Numbered from the stretch's first letter, positions 27,651 to 37,461 are shown. The stretch: DNA of 48,651 nucleotides from Bacillota bacterium (GCA_051748445.1 JBNJHL010000002.1:1-48651); one strand, 5' to 3'. A program made the numbers and translations. The notes: generated from the letters alone by a model not told the origin.

Positions 27651-28715
27651 ATGATTATTTTGCATACTGCTGATTTGCACCTGGACGAAGAGCATGAAGA
27701 GCGCTGGTCGGCATTTGATGAGCTGGTCAGTTCCGCCAGGGAACATGAAGTAGATGCCCTGATAATATCCGGTGATCTTTTTGATCATGGCTTGGAAGCG
27801 GAAAAGCTAAGAAACAGGCTGCGTTCTACAATCGGCAGCGGAAGTTTCCGGACCGTGATCCTTCCAGGTAATCATGATTACAAGGCTTATCGCAGCGGTC
27901 TTTATTTTGGGGAAAATGTTTCTGTTATCAATAATTGGGAGGATCCGGTGGAAGTTGGAGAGGTAGTAATCTGGGGCCTGCCTTATGAAAGTTTAAGCGC
28001 TGAGAAAATAGTAAGGCGCCTCAAGGATTTAGGAATGAGGATGGATCCTGATCGCATCAATTATTTACTCTTCCATGGTGAGCTTTTAGATGCTTATTTT
28101 TCGCCCGAAGACATGGGTGATGAAGGTGACCAAAGGTTTCTGCCTGTAAAACTATCCTATTTTGCAGATCTGCCAATAAAGCATGTCCTGGCCGGTCATT
28201 TTCATTCAAGATACGCCGCCTGGAACTTGCCTGGCGGAGGGCTGTTCGTTTATCCAGGGTCCCCTTCAGCAGTAACCAGGAGAGAAATAGGGATTCGTAA
28301 AGCCAACCTGGTAGAACACGGTGGTATAATTTCTGAACTAATTCTTAACACTGCTCACTATGAAAGACTGTCTTTAAACCTTGATCCATTCAGCGAAAGA
28401 AACCCTCTTGAACAGCTTGAACAATTTTTGCAGGGATTGCACCTCCGGGCAAAACTAATTCTATCTATCAGCGGGTATTTCAACGGCGCTGCCCTGGGGT
28501 TAAATGAGAGCGAACTGGTTGATGCTATTAAGCTAAAAATGGATAATTACCTGGTTGACGAATTAGTGATTGAATTCAAAGATGTTCAGCATATCCTGGA
28601 AGACGATCTATTTAAAAAGTTTCGCGAAAAATTATCACTAACCGATTATACCCGGGATCAGCAGGAGAAAGCCGAGAAGATGCTGATAGATGCTTTCAGG
28701 GGGGTGAAAAGATGA
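27651..28715 (+). CDS. metallophosphoesterase, SbcD/Mre11-like DNA repair exonuclease (YhaO/SbcF-type)
   Basis: Calcineurin-like motifs appear in order: HTADLHL, SGDLFD, GNHD, FHGEL, GHFH. ATG 27651 lies 7 nt after GAGGAG. The stop overlaps the next gene (ATGA). Confidence 0.8.
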   Translation: MIILHTADLHLDEEHEERWSAFDELVSSAREHEVDALIISGDLFDHGLEAEKLRNRLRSTIGSGSFRTVILPGNHDYKAYRSGLYFGENVSVINNWEDPVEVGEVVIWGLPYESLSAEKIVRRLKDLGMRMDPDRINYLLFHGELLDAYFSPEDMGDEGDQRFLPVKLSYFADLPIKHVLAGHFHSRYAAWNLPGGGLFVYPGSPSAVTRREIGIRKANLVEHGGIISELILNTAHYERLSLNLDPFSERNPLEQLEQFLQGLHLRAKLILSISGYFNGAALGLNESELVDAIKLKMDNYLVDELVIEFKDVQHILEDDLFKKFREKLSLTDYTRDQQEKAEKMLIDAFRGVKR

Positions 28716-31030
28716 TTATTAAAGAATATGGTATCAGGCGGTATGGCCCCCTCTCCGATAGCGGTATCAAGAAACCGGGTTTATTTAACCATATTTATGC
28801 TTCTAATGAAGAAGGAAAAACACTGACCATCGATGCTCTTTTAAAAATGCTCTTTAAAAAAAACCTGAAGGTTTTCAAAGGCATAAAAAGGGTGGAAGAA
28901 AAGCCTGAAGGTTACCTGGTTCTAGCAGAGAGTTCTCAAAGGGAAATAAAATTTCCGGAAGCGGGTACTTTTGATCAACATTTCGGGCTTAGTCCAGATC
29001 TGTTTGCTAATATTTTTGTTATCAGGGACAGCGATCTTTCTATTAATGACGAGAACTCTTTTTACCGCGATTTTACCAGCCGTTTAACAGGCCTGAGGAC
29101 GGGAGAAATTGAGAAGCTTAAAAGTGTAGTCCTTGATCTTGGCGGTATAACCGAAGGTGGTAGTTATCAGAACACCGCCCCCGTTAAGTTGAAGGATAAA
29201 ATTAGCAGGGCATCTGCCTTAAAAGATAAAGCAAAAATGATTTTAAATCAGCTGCGGGAGGAAAATTTTGCAAGTTTTGAAGAAGAGCTGGCAGAACTTG
29301 AGTTAAAAGATCGCAAAGCCGCAGAAAAAATAAATTCATATCATGATGCGCAAAACAGGGAGATATATGAAAAAGGCGCTGCAGCGCTCAACCGGTTAAA
29401 ATCAGTTAGGACAGAGGCCGAAAAGCTAAGCAGTTACTCACAGGATGAATATGAAGCCTGGCAGAAAACGGTTTCAGAACTTGATTATCTTCATAATGAA
29501 TTAAAAAGTATTGAGGAACAAATTAATGAACAAAAATCTACCCTGCAGGATTTACGCCATAAGTATAATGACCAGCAGGAAGCTTTGAAAAGCGTGGAAC
29601 AGGATGTGAGGTCAGCGGAAAAGCTGGAGCCTGGTCTGGCCGAATATAACCAGGCAAAGCAGGCATTGAGCAAAGAACAGATTCTTGTTCAAGCGCCTAT
29701 CTATAACCGGGCTTTAATGGTGAGCGCTCTTGCTTTTCTGCTAAGCCTGAGCGGATTACTAATCAGTGACTCCTGGTGGCCCCAGCCTTTACTGGTTGTT
29801 ACATTCCTGGCTGTTGTTGTTTTAACAGGGAATATGTTTTTTTATCTAAAAAAGAAGGGATGCCTGGCGGCTTTGGAAGCTCAGCTCTGTTCTGAAGCAG
29901 AGAAACTTGGCCTGCCGGCAGAAAATGTCAGTTCCTTACAAAAACAGATCAGTTCCCTGCAAAAAGATCTATCATTGAAAAATGATATGCAGGTTGAACT
30001 GGAAAATGAACTGGAATGGCAGCGTAAAGAACGGGAACGTCTGCGCGGTCAACAGCAAGACAAAATGAAAAAAATCAAAACAGCAGAAGAGAAGATTAAT
30101 AACTTAAAAAGCAAGTCGGGCCTTGATAATCTTAATAACTATAGAGAAATCTTAAATCGTAAGCACCAGCTTAAAACGGATTTGGAAAGAGAAATAGGGA
30201 TACTTAGCAGCCATTTCGGTAATGCAGGCAGTAATGCTTCAGTTCAAGCCAACTTTGATTACTGGAAAGAAGAGCTTGACCGGCTGAAGATCTATGCCAA
30301 TGCAGCTGAGAATTATACTTTTGACCAGGTGGAATACAACCAACTGCTCCGTGAAAAGGAGGAGTTGGAACAGCAGATAAAAGATCTGTCTGAAAAAATG
30401 CAGGATCGTTCAACACAGCTGCGAGACCTGGAAAAAGAAGCAAATATGATTCTCTCCAGTAATGGCGATAAAAGTTTACCCTGCCAGACAACCTATGACC
30501 TGGAGGTAATCCTGTCAAAGGTAGAAGGCTGGCTTCAGCAGCAGGAGGAAAACAGGAATTGTGCTTTAATCGTGCGTGATATGCTTGATACTATAGAAGA
30601 GGAAGAAGAGGAAAAAGTAACTGCACTTTTTGGTTCAGAAAGTCCTGTCAGTGAATACTTCCGAAGAATAACTGCAGGCCGCTATAAAGAGGTTGTTTTT
30701 AGAAGCGGAGAAAATAGAATTAAAACTGTTCGCAGCGACGGGGTCGAGCTAGATGCTGCCCAGCTTTCCGGCGGAGCTTATGACCAGCTATATTTTTCTA
30801 TCAGGCTGGCCCTGGGGGAAAAGCTAATGGAAGGCGAAAAGGGGTTTTTTATCCTTGATGATCCCTTTATTAAAGCCGATCCGGAAAGATTGAATGAACT
30901 TCTTTCCATGCTTGATTCAATAGCTTCTGAAGGCTGGCAGATTCTTTACTTCAGTTCCAAGGGTGAAATAAGCGAAGCTTTCCGGCAGAAAATAAGTAGT
31001 GGTAAAGTCAGGGAATTAACAATTAATTGA
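28712..31030 (+). CDS. SMC/Rad50/SbcC-like AAA ATPase with a central membrane hairpin (YhaN/SbcE-type)
   Basis: N-terminal P-loop ASNEEGKT ([AG]x4GK[ST]). Long heptad-rich coiled-coil regions flank two hydrophobic helices (ALMVSALAFLLSLSGLLI...LLVVTFLAVVVLTGNMFFYL, about nt 29700-29850). C-terminal ABC signature LSGGAYDQL and Walker B FFILDDPF. Confidence 0.8.
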   Translation: MIIKEYGIRRYGPLSDSGIKKPGLFNHIYASNEEGKTLTIDALLKMLFKKNLKVFKGIKRVEEKPEGYLVLAESSQREIKFPEAGTFDQHFGLSPDLFANIFVIRDSDLSINDENSFYRDFTSRLTGLRTGEIEKLKSVVLDLGGITEGGSYQNTAPVKLKDKISRASALKDKAKMILNQLREENFASFEEELAELELKDRKAAEKINSYHDAQNREIYEKGAAALNRLKSVRTEAEKLSSYSQDEYEAWQKTVSELDYLHNELKSIEEQINEQKSTLQDLRHKYNDQQEALKSVEQDVRSAEKLEPGLAEYNQAKQALSKEQILVQAPIYNRALMVSALAFLLSLSGLLISDSWWPQPLLVVTFLAVVVLTGNMFFYLKKKGCLAALEAQLCSEAEKLGLPAENVSSLQKQISSLQKDLSLKNDMQVELENELEWQRKERERLRGQQQDKMKKIKTAEEKINNLKSKSGLDNLNNYREILNRKHQLKTDLEREIGILSSHFGNAGSNASVQANFDYWKEELDRLKIYANAAENYTFDQVEYNQLLREKEELEQQIKDLSEKMQDRSTQLRDLEKEANMILSSNGDKSLPCQTTYDLEVILSKVEGWLQQQEENRNCALIVRDMLDTIEEEEEEKVTALFGSESPVSEYFRRITAGRYKEVVFRSGENRIKTVRSDGVELDAAQLSGGAYDQLYFSIRLALGEKLMEGEKGFFILDDPFIKADPERLNELLSMLDSIASEGWQILYFSSKGEISEAFRQKISSGKVRELTIN

Positions 31031-31064
31031 CCAGGGTCGATGAGATGTTAATCATTTCAAATAT

Positions 31065-31090
31065 AAAAAAGTGGGGCTATTGTGCCCCCA
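31065..31090 (-). terminator. intrinsic terminator oriented for minus-strand transcription
   Basis: The minus strand reads GGGGC-ACAAUA-GCCCC followed by ACUUUUUUAU. On the plus strand the same hairpin is followed only by AAUUUAU. Confidence 0.5.
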
Positions 31091-31367
31091 ATTTATGAAG
31101 CTCGTAATTTGCTTATTCGAAAAAAAACTATTCCTTCTTTAAGAGCCATTTCTTCCATTCAAAAGACACTTCATTCATTACACTACCCTTTTTAATTTCT
31201 GCCACTTTTCCCTGGATCTTATTTCTTGCTTCATACTTTATCGATATAATCTCCTTTATCTTATTACAAGACTAATTCTGTGTTATACTCATAATAACCT
31301 TTATAATCAAATGTTTTTGATTACGTAAGAATGATGCTGCAACAATGAGATGGAGGGGGGTATACTT

Positions 31368-32105
31368 ATGCAGCTAACAGTGCTTGGTTGTTTCGGTCCT
31401 TATCCACCAGCGGGAGGCTGCTGTTCGGGCTATTTGCTGCAAGAGGACAACTGTAATCTTTTAATTGATTGTGGCAATGGGGTTCTCAGCCGCCTTCAGC
31501 AGCACTTGGATTACAAAAAACTTAACGCAGTGATACTAAGTCACCTCCATGCCGACCACTGCTCAGATATTATGATCATGCGCTACGGTCTCGAAATCTC
31601 ATATCAGCAGGGAGAACGCTTTGAACCGCTTCCGCTTTACGCTCCTGCACAGCCTGAAACGGAATTTAATCGACTTTCCTATAAGAATGCCTATAGTGTT
31701 AGGGCACTGGAGCCAGGGCAGCCCCTACAAATCGGTCCTTTTACTATTCTGCCCAGGGAAGGTATTCATGCCATACCATCCCTGGCTTTTAAAATCCGTA
31801 CTTCATCAGCAATATTTGTTTATTCCGGCGATACCGAATTTGATTCCGGACTGGTCCAGTTTGCTTGCGGGGCGGACCTGTTCCTTTGTGAAGCTAACTT
31901 TTTAGAAGCAGATATCGAAAAAGGATTGCCCAATCATTTAAGTTCCAGTCAGGCTGCGCAAATTGCTGCTGCAGCAGGAGTTAAAAAATTGTATTTAACC
32001 CATCATCATCCCGAGCGCGACCTGGAACGGTACCTGGCAGAAGCGCAAAAAAACTTCCCCGAAGTCGAAGCCGCCCGGGAGGGTGAAACATATCAAATCT
32101 CATAA
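31368..32105 (+). CDS. MBL-fold metallo-hydrolase
   Basis: HLHADHCSD motif, GDTEF, and THHHPE near the C-terminus. ATG 31368 follows GGAGGGGGG (31352-60). Confidence 0.85.
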   Translation: MQLTVLGCFGPYPPAGGCCSGYLLQEDNCNLLIDCGNGVLSRLQQHLDYKKLNAVILSHLHADHCSDIMIMRYGLEISYQQGERFEPLPLYAPAQPETEFNRLSYKNAYSVRALEPGQPLQIGPFTILPREGIHAIPSLAFKIRTSSAIFVYSGDTEFDSGLVQFACGADLFLCEANFLEADIEKGLPNHLSSSQAAQIAAAAGVKKLYLTHHHPERDLERYLAEAQKNFPEVEAAREGETYQIS

Positions 32106-32274
32106 GTGATCAGAGAGTGTAGGTATATAGATTGTTAAAAAGCGAATTAAAGTGTCATGAGTTTAAAGTTATTACTTAGAATTACAGGTGAGCAGTTCAA
32201 TTCTTGCCCGAACGACCAATGAATGAATATTTCAGTTTAGCTAATCTACGATAAAATTTAGGAGGATGACTGTT

Positions 32275-32832
32275 ATGTCCAAGCAAAAGCAATCCACCCA
32301 GATCCTGCTCGGTCCCGTTCCCCCGGCCCTGATCGGCTGCGGTAACGAATCAGAAAAGAATATCATAACTCTGGCCTGGGTCGGTGTGGTTAATTCTTCA
32401 CCGCCGATGATTACTGCGGCTGTTCGCCCCAACCGGCACTCCTATCAAATTATAAAAGAAAGTGAGGAATTTACCGTCAACTTGCCCAATAAAACCCAGG
32501 TTGAGCTGGCTGATGGTTGCGGCACTTTAAGCGGACGTGATCTGAACAAATTTGAACACTTTAAAGTTACAGCAGAACAAGGAACTTTGAAGCAGGCTCC
32601 GATGATTGCCGAATGTCCGGTCAGCATGGAGTGTAAGCTTGAGCATACACTCGAGCTGGCCAGCCATACCGTGTTTATCGCAGAGGTGGTTTCATCTTAT
32701 GTTGATTCAGCAGTCCTTGATGATCAAGGGAAAATTGATTTTGAAAAATGCAATCTGCTTGGTTTCTGTGCCGGAAATTACCTTGGCACAAAACCGCTGG
32801 GCCTTTCTATTGGTTACACCAGAAAGGGGTAA
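32275..32832 (+). CDS. flavin reductase family protein (FMN-binding split barrel)
   Basis: About 185 aa with NIITLAWVGVVNSSPPMITAAVRP..HSY..I and similar features. ATG 32275 lies 9 nt after GGAGG. Confidence 0.8.
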   Translation: MSKQKQSTQILLGPVPPALIGCGNESEKNIITLAWVGVVNSSPPMITAAVRPNRHSYQIIKESEEFTVNLPNKTQVELADGCGTLSGRDLNKFEHFKVTAEQGTLKQAPMIAECPVSMECKLEHTLELASHTVFIAEVVSSYVDSAVLDDQGKIDFEKCNLLGFCAGNYLGTKPLGLSIGYTRKG

Positions 32833-32852
32833 GTTAAAAAGACTTCAGCTAA

Positions 32853-32882
32853 CTTGCTTTGTTTGCCAAGTCTTCATACAAG
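32853..32882 (+). promoter_or_regulatory. sigmaA-type promoter candidate for selA-selB-selD (TTGCCA-18-TATAAT)
   Basis: TTGCCA at 32853-58, an 18-nt spacer, and TATAAT at 32877-82. Confidence 0.45.
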
Positions 32883-33000
32883 TTGTTATAATCTAAAGGA
32901 TTAGTGTGCACCTATTAAGATTTGAAAGTAATATAGCTTTAGCTCCTTAAAAACCATGATTTGAATATAAAAAAGCTGTGAATAGTTTTGGAAAAGGAGT

Positions 33001-34428
33001 ATGAAAGTGACTGAAAAACGAAATTTGCTGCGCGATCTTCCCGCTGTTGACCGCCTGCTGCATGAAGAAGTTATTGATGATTTACTGGAATGCCTGCCGC
33101 GTCGTATAGTTTTAGAGGCTGCCCAGGAAACAATTGCATCGTACCGTGATGCTATAACCGGCAGGGCAGACGCTGATAAGGAGCCGGAAGCTTTCGACCT
33201 TTCACCGGAAATACTGGCGAAGGAAGCTGCCGCGCTGGCTGAAAAAATGGGCAAAATGAACCTGAGATCACTGATTAATGCCACCGGTATTATCATTCAT
33301 ACAAACCTCGGCCGTGCTCCTCTGCCGGAAGCGGCGGTTGAAGCATTGAATGATATAGCCTCCCGCTATAACAATCTGGAGTATTCACTGGATAAAGGCA
33401 AACGTGGCTCAAGACAGGAACACATTGAAGATTTGATTTGCCAGTTAAGCGGGGCTGAAGCAGCCGCGGCCGTCAATAATAACGCCGCTGCTGTATTCCT
33501 TGCCCTCAACACCATAGCCGTCGGCAGGGAAGTAATTGTTTCCAGGGGACAGCTGGTCGAAATTGGCGGATCGTTTAGAATTCCTGAGATTATGACAACC
33601 AGCGGCGCTACCCTCAGGGAAGTAGGTACTACCAATAAAACTTACCTGCGCGACTATGAAGAAGCGGTTAATGAAGATACTGCTGCTTTCTTGAAGGTGC
33701 ATACCAGTAACTACCACATGGTTGGCTTTACAGCAGAGGTTGGCACGGCAGAACTTGCGGTGGCGGCCCATAAGCGCGGATTGCTGTTGTTGGAAGACCT
33801 GGGCAGCGGAGTTTTTATTGACCTTGAAAAATTCAGCTTGCCTCCTGAACCGCGGGTTCAGGACAGTATAGCTAACGGGGCTGACCTGGTAACTTTCAGC
33901 GGGGATAAAATGCTTGGCGGCCCCCAGGCCGGCATCATTATTGGCCGCCAAGAGCTAATATCTGCTATCAAGACCAACCAGCTGGCCAGGACCCTGCGAG
34001 TTGATAAGTTCGCTGTGGCAGCCCTCGAAGCGACTTTAAGGCTTTACCTTGATGAAGAACGGGCAGTAAAAGAAATCCCTGTCTGGCAAATGCTTACTGC
34101 CAAACCTGAAGCACTCAGAAAAAGGGCAGGTAAACTGGCCGAAGCACTGGGTAATATTTTTGAGGCGGAACGGGTTAAAGTTGTAAAAAGTATTTCCAAG
34201 GTTGGCGGGGGAGCACTACCCATGGCTGAGTTGCCAACTTACCTGGTTTCCCTGGAACTGTCCGGGATGGAATTGACCCCCGGGGAAGTGGTAGAAAAAC
34301 TGCGCTATACTGACCCTCCTGTAATCCTGCGCATCTACCAGGACAACCTGCTTTTTGATCCCCGCACCATATTTGAATACCAGGAAGAAACCCTGGTTAA
34401 AATAGTTGGTGCAGTATGCCAGGGATAG
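33001..34428 (+). CDS. selA: L-seryl-tRNA(Sec) selenium transferase
   Basis: 475 aa with LRDLPAVDRLL at the N-terminus, NATGIIIHTNLGRAPL, and the PLP-lysine context FSGDKMLGGPQAG. The start may be GTG 33007, because GGAG ends 1 nt before ATG 33001. Confidence 0.93.
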   Translation: MKVTEKRNLLRDLPAVDRLLHEEVIDDLLECLPRRIVLEAAQETIASYRDAITGRADADKEPEAFDLSPEILAKEAAALAEKMGKMNLRSLINATGIIIHTNLGRAPLPEAAVEALNDIASRYNNLEYSLDKGKRGSRQEHIEDLICQLSGAEAAAAVNNNAAAVFLALNTIAVGREVIVSRGQLVEIGGSFRIPEIMTTSGATLREVGTTNKTYLRDYEEAVNEDTAAFLKVHTSNYHMVGFTAEVGTAELAVAAHKRGLLLLEDLGSGVFIDLEKFSLPPEPRVQDSIANGADLVTFSGDKMLGGPQAGIIIGRQELISAIKTNQLARTLRVDKFAVAALEATLRLYLDEERAVKEIPVWQMLTAKPEALRKRAGKLAEALGNIFEAERVKVVKSISKVGGGALPMAELPTYLVSLELSGMELTPGEVVEKLRYTDPPVILRIYQDNLLFDPRTIFEYQEETLVKIVGAVCQG

Positions 34429-34458
34429 GCCACCTATTCGATAAGGAGTGTTGTAAGC

Positions 34459-36366
34459 TTGGAACAGCTTATAATCGGCACAGCCGGTCATGTTGATCAC
34501 GGCAAAACGGTTTTGATTAAAGCCCTAACCGGGATGGACACCGATCGTTTCCAGGAAGAGAAAGAGCGCGGCATTTCCATCGATCTTGGTTTTGCTCCCT
34601 TTAAATTACCCGACGGCAGACTGGCCGGGGTAATTGATGTGCCCGGGCATGAAAAATTTATCCATAATATGCTGGCCGGGGCAGGCGGAATGGACCTGGT
34701 CATGCTGGTGATCGATGCAACTGAAGGAGTAATGCCTCAGACCCGGGAACATCTGGATATTCTGGAACTCCTTGGAACAAAAAACGGTATTGTGGTTATT
34801 ACCAAGATTGACCTGGTTGAAGAAGAATGGCGGGAACTGGTCCAGGATGAAATTAGGGAGGAACTGGCCGGTACTTTTTTGGAAGATGCCACCATTCATG
34901 CTGTCGCCGCTCTGCAAGGAGCGGGGATAGAAGAACTTAAGGAACTAATTCATAAACTTACCCTGGACCTGGAACCGCGGGATTCCAGTGGACCGCTGCG
35001 CCTGCCCGTTGATCGTTCTTTCGTTATTTCCGGCTTTGGCACCGTGATAACGGGAACTTTGATTCAGGGATCGGTCAGGGTTGGTGACATAGTATCTATT
35101 GTCCCCCCCGGAATTGAAGTGCGGGTCCGTAATATCCAGGTACATGATACTGATGTAAAAGAAGCAGGAGCGGGAACCAGGGTGGCCTTAAATCTTTCCG
35201 GCCTGGAAAAAGACCAGGTTCTAAGGGGCAGTGTAATTAGCAATCCAGGCTATTACCGGCAGACGGATCTGATTGATGTATCGGTTGAACTGCTCGAAAA
35301 AGCTCCGCGTAAATTAAAAAATCTTGATCCTGTTCACTTTTTCCTGGGCACTGCCCGGACTGTGGCCAGGATGCATATTTTGGACAAGGAAGAACTTCTG
35401 CCGGGGCAAAGCGCCCTGGTCCAGTGCCGTTTGGAAAAACCCCTGGTAACGGAAAGGGGCGATCCTTTTGTGGTCCGCTCATATTCGCCAATGACTACAA
35501 TTGGCGGGGGGAAGGTGCTCGATCCATTCCCAGAGAGGCATCGCCGTTTTCGTACTGATGTTATCGAGCGTCTGCACGAACTTGAACAGGCTCCTGCTGC
35601 CGGTGGGGACTCTGCCTTTGTACGCCGCAAGTTGGAAGAACTGGTGGCAGCAGATATTTTCCACCTGGTAAAGGAAACACGCATGGGTCAGGCCAAAGTA
35701 GAGGATATATTAAAAGATCTAATTGCAATGAAACAGGTTAAAAAAATAGGTGAAACCTATCTTTTAACTGAAAAACTTAAAGAATTTGAAGAGAAACTGA
35801 TTCAGGAACTTGAGCGTTTCCACCAGAAGCGGCCCCTTGCTTATGGTATTTCCCGGGCTCGTTTAAAGGGCTTTTTGCCGCCTTCTTTTAATCAGCGAGA
35901 ATATGATGCCCTGCTTGATAATCTGGAGGAAAGAGAACTGATTTTTGTAAAAAATAACCTGGTTGCGAAATATGGTTTTGAGCCAGAGCCTTCAGCTTCC
36001 GACAGAGAAAAGATCGATAAACTAAGCGAACAATACCGACAGGGTTGGCTGCAGCCACCATCTATCGGGGAAGCCTTCGAGAAAGCAGCAGTCAAGCAGG
36101 ACCGAAAAGATGAACTGTACAACTACCTGGTTAGCAATGAAACACTGATTAAAATTAGTGAAGATCTTTATTTTCACCGGGATGCTTATAATGCTGCTCT
36201 TGATTTGCTGCGCAAACATTTTACTGACAACCAGCAGCTAACCCTGGCAGAATTTCGTGATCTGTCGGGCAGCTCAAGAAAATTTGCCCAGGCCCTGCTT
36301 GAGCACTTCGACCAGGTCAAAATCACCCGCCGGGTCGAAGACCACCGCGTCCCCAACAAACTCTAA
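34459..36366 (+). CDS. selB: selenocysteine-specific translation elongation factor
   Basis: GTPase motifs IIGTAGHVDHGKT, DVPGHE, TKID, followed by EF-Tu-like domains II/III and a long C-terminal winged-helix (SECIS-binding) extension. TTG start. Confidence 0.93.
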   Translation: MEQLIIGTAGHVDHGKTVLIKALTGMDTDRFQEEKERGISIDLGFAPFKLPDGRLAGVIDVPGHEKFIHNMLAGAGGMDLVMLVIDATEGVMPQTREHLDILELLGTKNGIVVITKIDLVEEEWRELVQDEIREELAGTFLEDATIHAVAALQGAGIEELKELIHKLTLDLEPRDSSGPLRLPVDRSFVISGFGTVITGTLIQGSVRVGDIVSIVPPGIEVRVRNIQVHDTDVKEAGAGTRVALNLSGLEKDQVLRGSVISNPGYYRQTDLIDVSVELLEKAPRKLKNLDPVHFFLGTARTVARMHILDKEELLPGQSALVQCRLEKPLVTERGDPFVVRSYSPMTTIGGGKVLDPFPERHRRFRTDVIERLHELEQAPAAGGDSAFVRRKLEELVAADIFHLVKETRMGQAKVEDILKDLIAMKQVKKIGETYLLTEKLKEFEEKLIQELERFHQKRPLAYGISRARLKGFLPPSFNQREYDALLDNLEERELIFVKNNLVAKYGFEPEPSASDREKIDKLSEQYRQGWLQPPSIGEAFEKAAVKQDRKDELYNYLVSNETLIKISEDLYFHRDAYNAALDLLRKHFTDNQQLTLAEFRDLSGSSRKFAQALLEHFDQVKITRRVEDHRVPNKL

Positions 36367-36396
36367 GTACACGGGGACGGAGGTTTTGTACTTGAA

Positions 36397-37461
36397 ATGG
36401 ATGGTGCTAATATGAGCCGTGAAGAAATACGCCTTACCAGTATGACGGCCAGTGCCGGTTGAGCGGCGAAAGTAGGGCCGGAGGCCCTGGCGCAGGTCCT
36501 GCGCCACCTGCCACCAATAGATGATCCCAATTACCTGAACCGGGAACAGCATTTTGCTGATGCCGGTATATATCGTATTTCGGAAACCCAGGCCCTGGTT
36601 CAGACTGTTGATTTTTTCACCCCAATAGTTGATGGCCCTTACGATTTTGGCCGTATTGCTGCTGCCAATGCTTTAAGTGATGTCTATGCTATGGGCGGCA
36701 AACCTCTTACGGCACTTAATATAATCTGCTTTCCTGTTTCCTGTCAGCCCCTGTCGATTATGGAAGAGATATTGCGGGGTGGTTACGATAAAATCATTGA
36801 AGCCGGTGCAGTCCTGGTTGGTGGACATAGTGTTGAAGATAACGAGCCGAAATATGGTTTATCTATAACCGGCCTGGTTGACTTAGATAAGCTGGTGACC
36901 GGAAGCGGGGCCAGGGCGGGAGACTGCCTGGTTTTAACAAAGCCGATCGGGACAGGCATAATTTCCACAGCTGTGAAAGGTGAGATAATAACAGCAGATG
37001 AAGCTGCTGAGGTAATCGAAGGGATGGCTGTTTTAAATGCAGTGTCAGCGTCTGAAATGGTCAAGTTTGGAGCAACTGCCTGTACAGATATAACCGGTTT
37101 TGGCTTGCTCGGCCACTTGCATGAAATGCTCTTATCAAGTGGAGTTTCCGCAGAACTTAACTTTCAAAAGATCCCCCTTTACCCCTCTGTCAAAGATATG
37201 GCCGCCATGGGCATGATTCCCGCTGGAGCTTACCGCAACCTGGATTATATTAAAGCTCATGTCTCCTGGCAGGGCAGATTTGATCAAAAAGACGATGCCC
37301 TGATTATTTTAGCCGATCCACAGACTTCCGGGGGTCTTTTGGTTGCCCTCCCGGAAGCAAACCTGCAAGAATATCTCACTTCCCTTAAGGAAAAGAATGC
37401 TGACGGCTGCTTGATTGGCCGCATCATTGAGGGTTCACCAGGCGCTATCACCATTGTATAA
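36397..37461 (+). CDS. selD: selenide, water dikinase (selenophosphate synthetase), selenocysteine-containing via in-frame UGA at 36460-36462
   Basis: Track ORF 36691..37461 is only the C-terminal part. The same frame continues upstream as M(DGANM)SREEIRLTSMTASAG-U-AAKVGPEALAQVL...FTPIVDGPYDFGRIAAANALSDVYAMGGKP with a single TGA. That TGA sits exactly where SelD has its catalytic Cys/Sec (SxGxGCK-type N-terminal loop). GGAGG lies at 36379-83. The start is either ATG 36397 or ATG 36412. Confidence 0.88.
36466..36505 (+). promoter_or_regulatory. candidate bacterial SECIS element(s) downstream of the selD UGA
   Basis: Hairpin 1 is GCG-[AAAGUA]-GGGCC-GGA-GGCCC-[UGG]-CGC (36466-36493), with its apical loop about 21 nt from the UGA. 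Hairpin 2 is GGCGCAG-GUC-CUGCGCC (36489-36505), which resembles the GCAGGUCUGC apex of the E. coli fdhF SECIS. The two overlap and are alternatives. Confidence 0.55.

Noticed and set aside
36691-37461. Track ORF taken at face value as a 256-aa SelD starting at ATG 36691.
   Set aside because: It lacks the whole N-terminal catalytic loop. The same frame continues upstream with SelD-like sequence interrupted only by a UGA at the Sec/Cys position.
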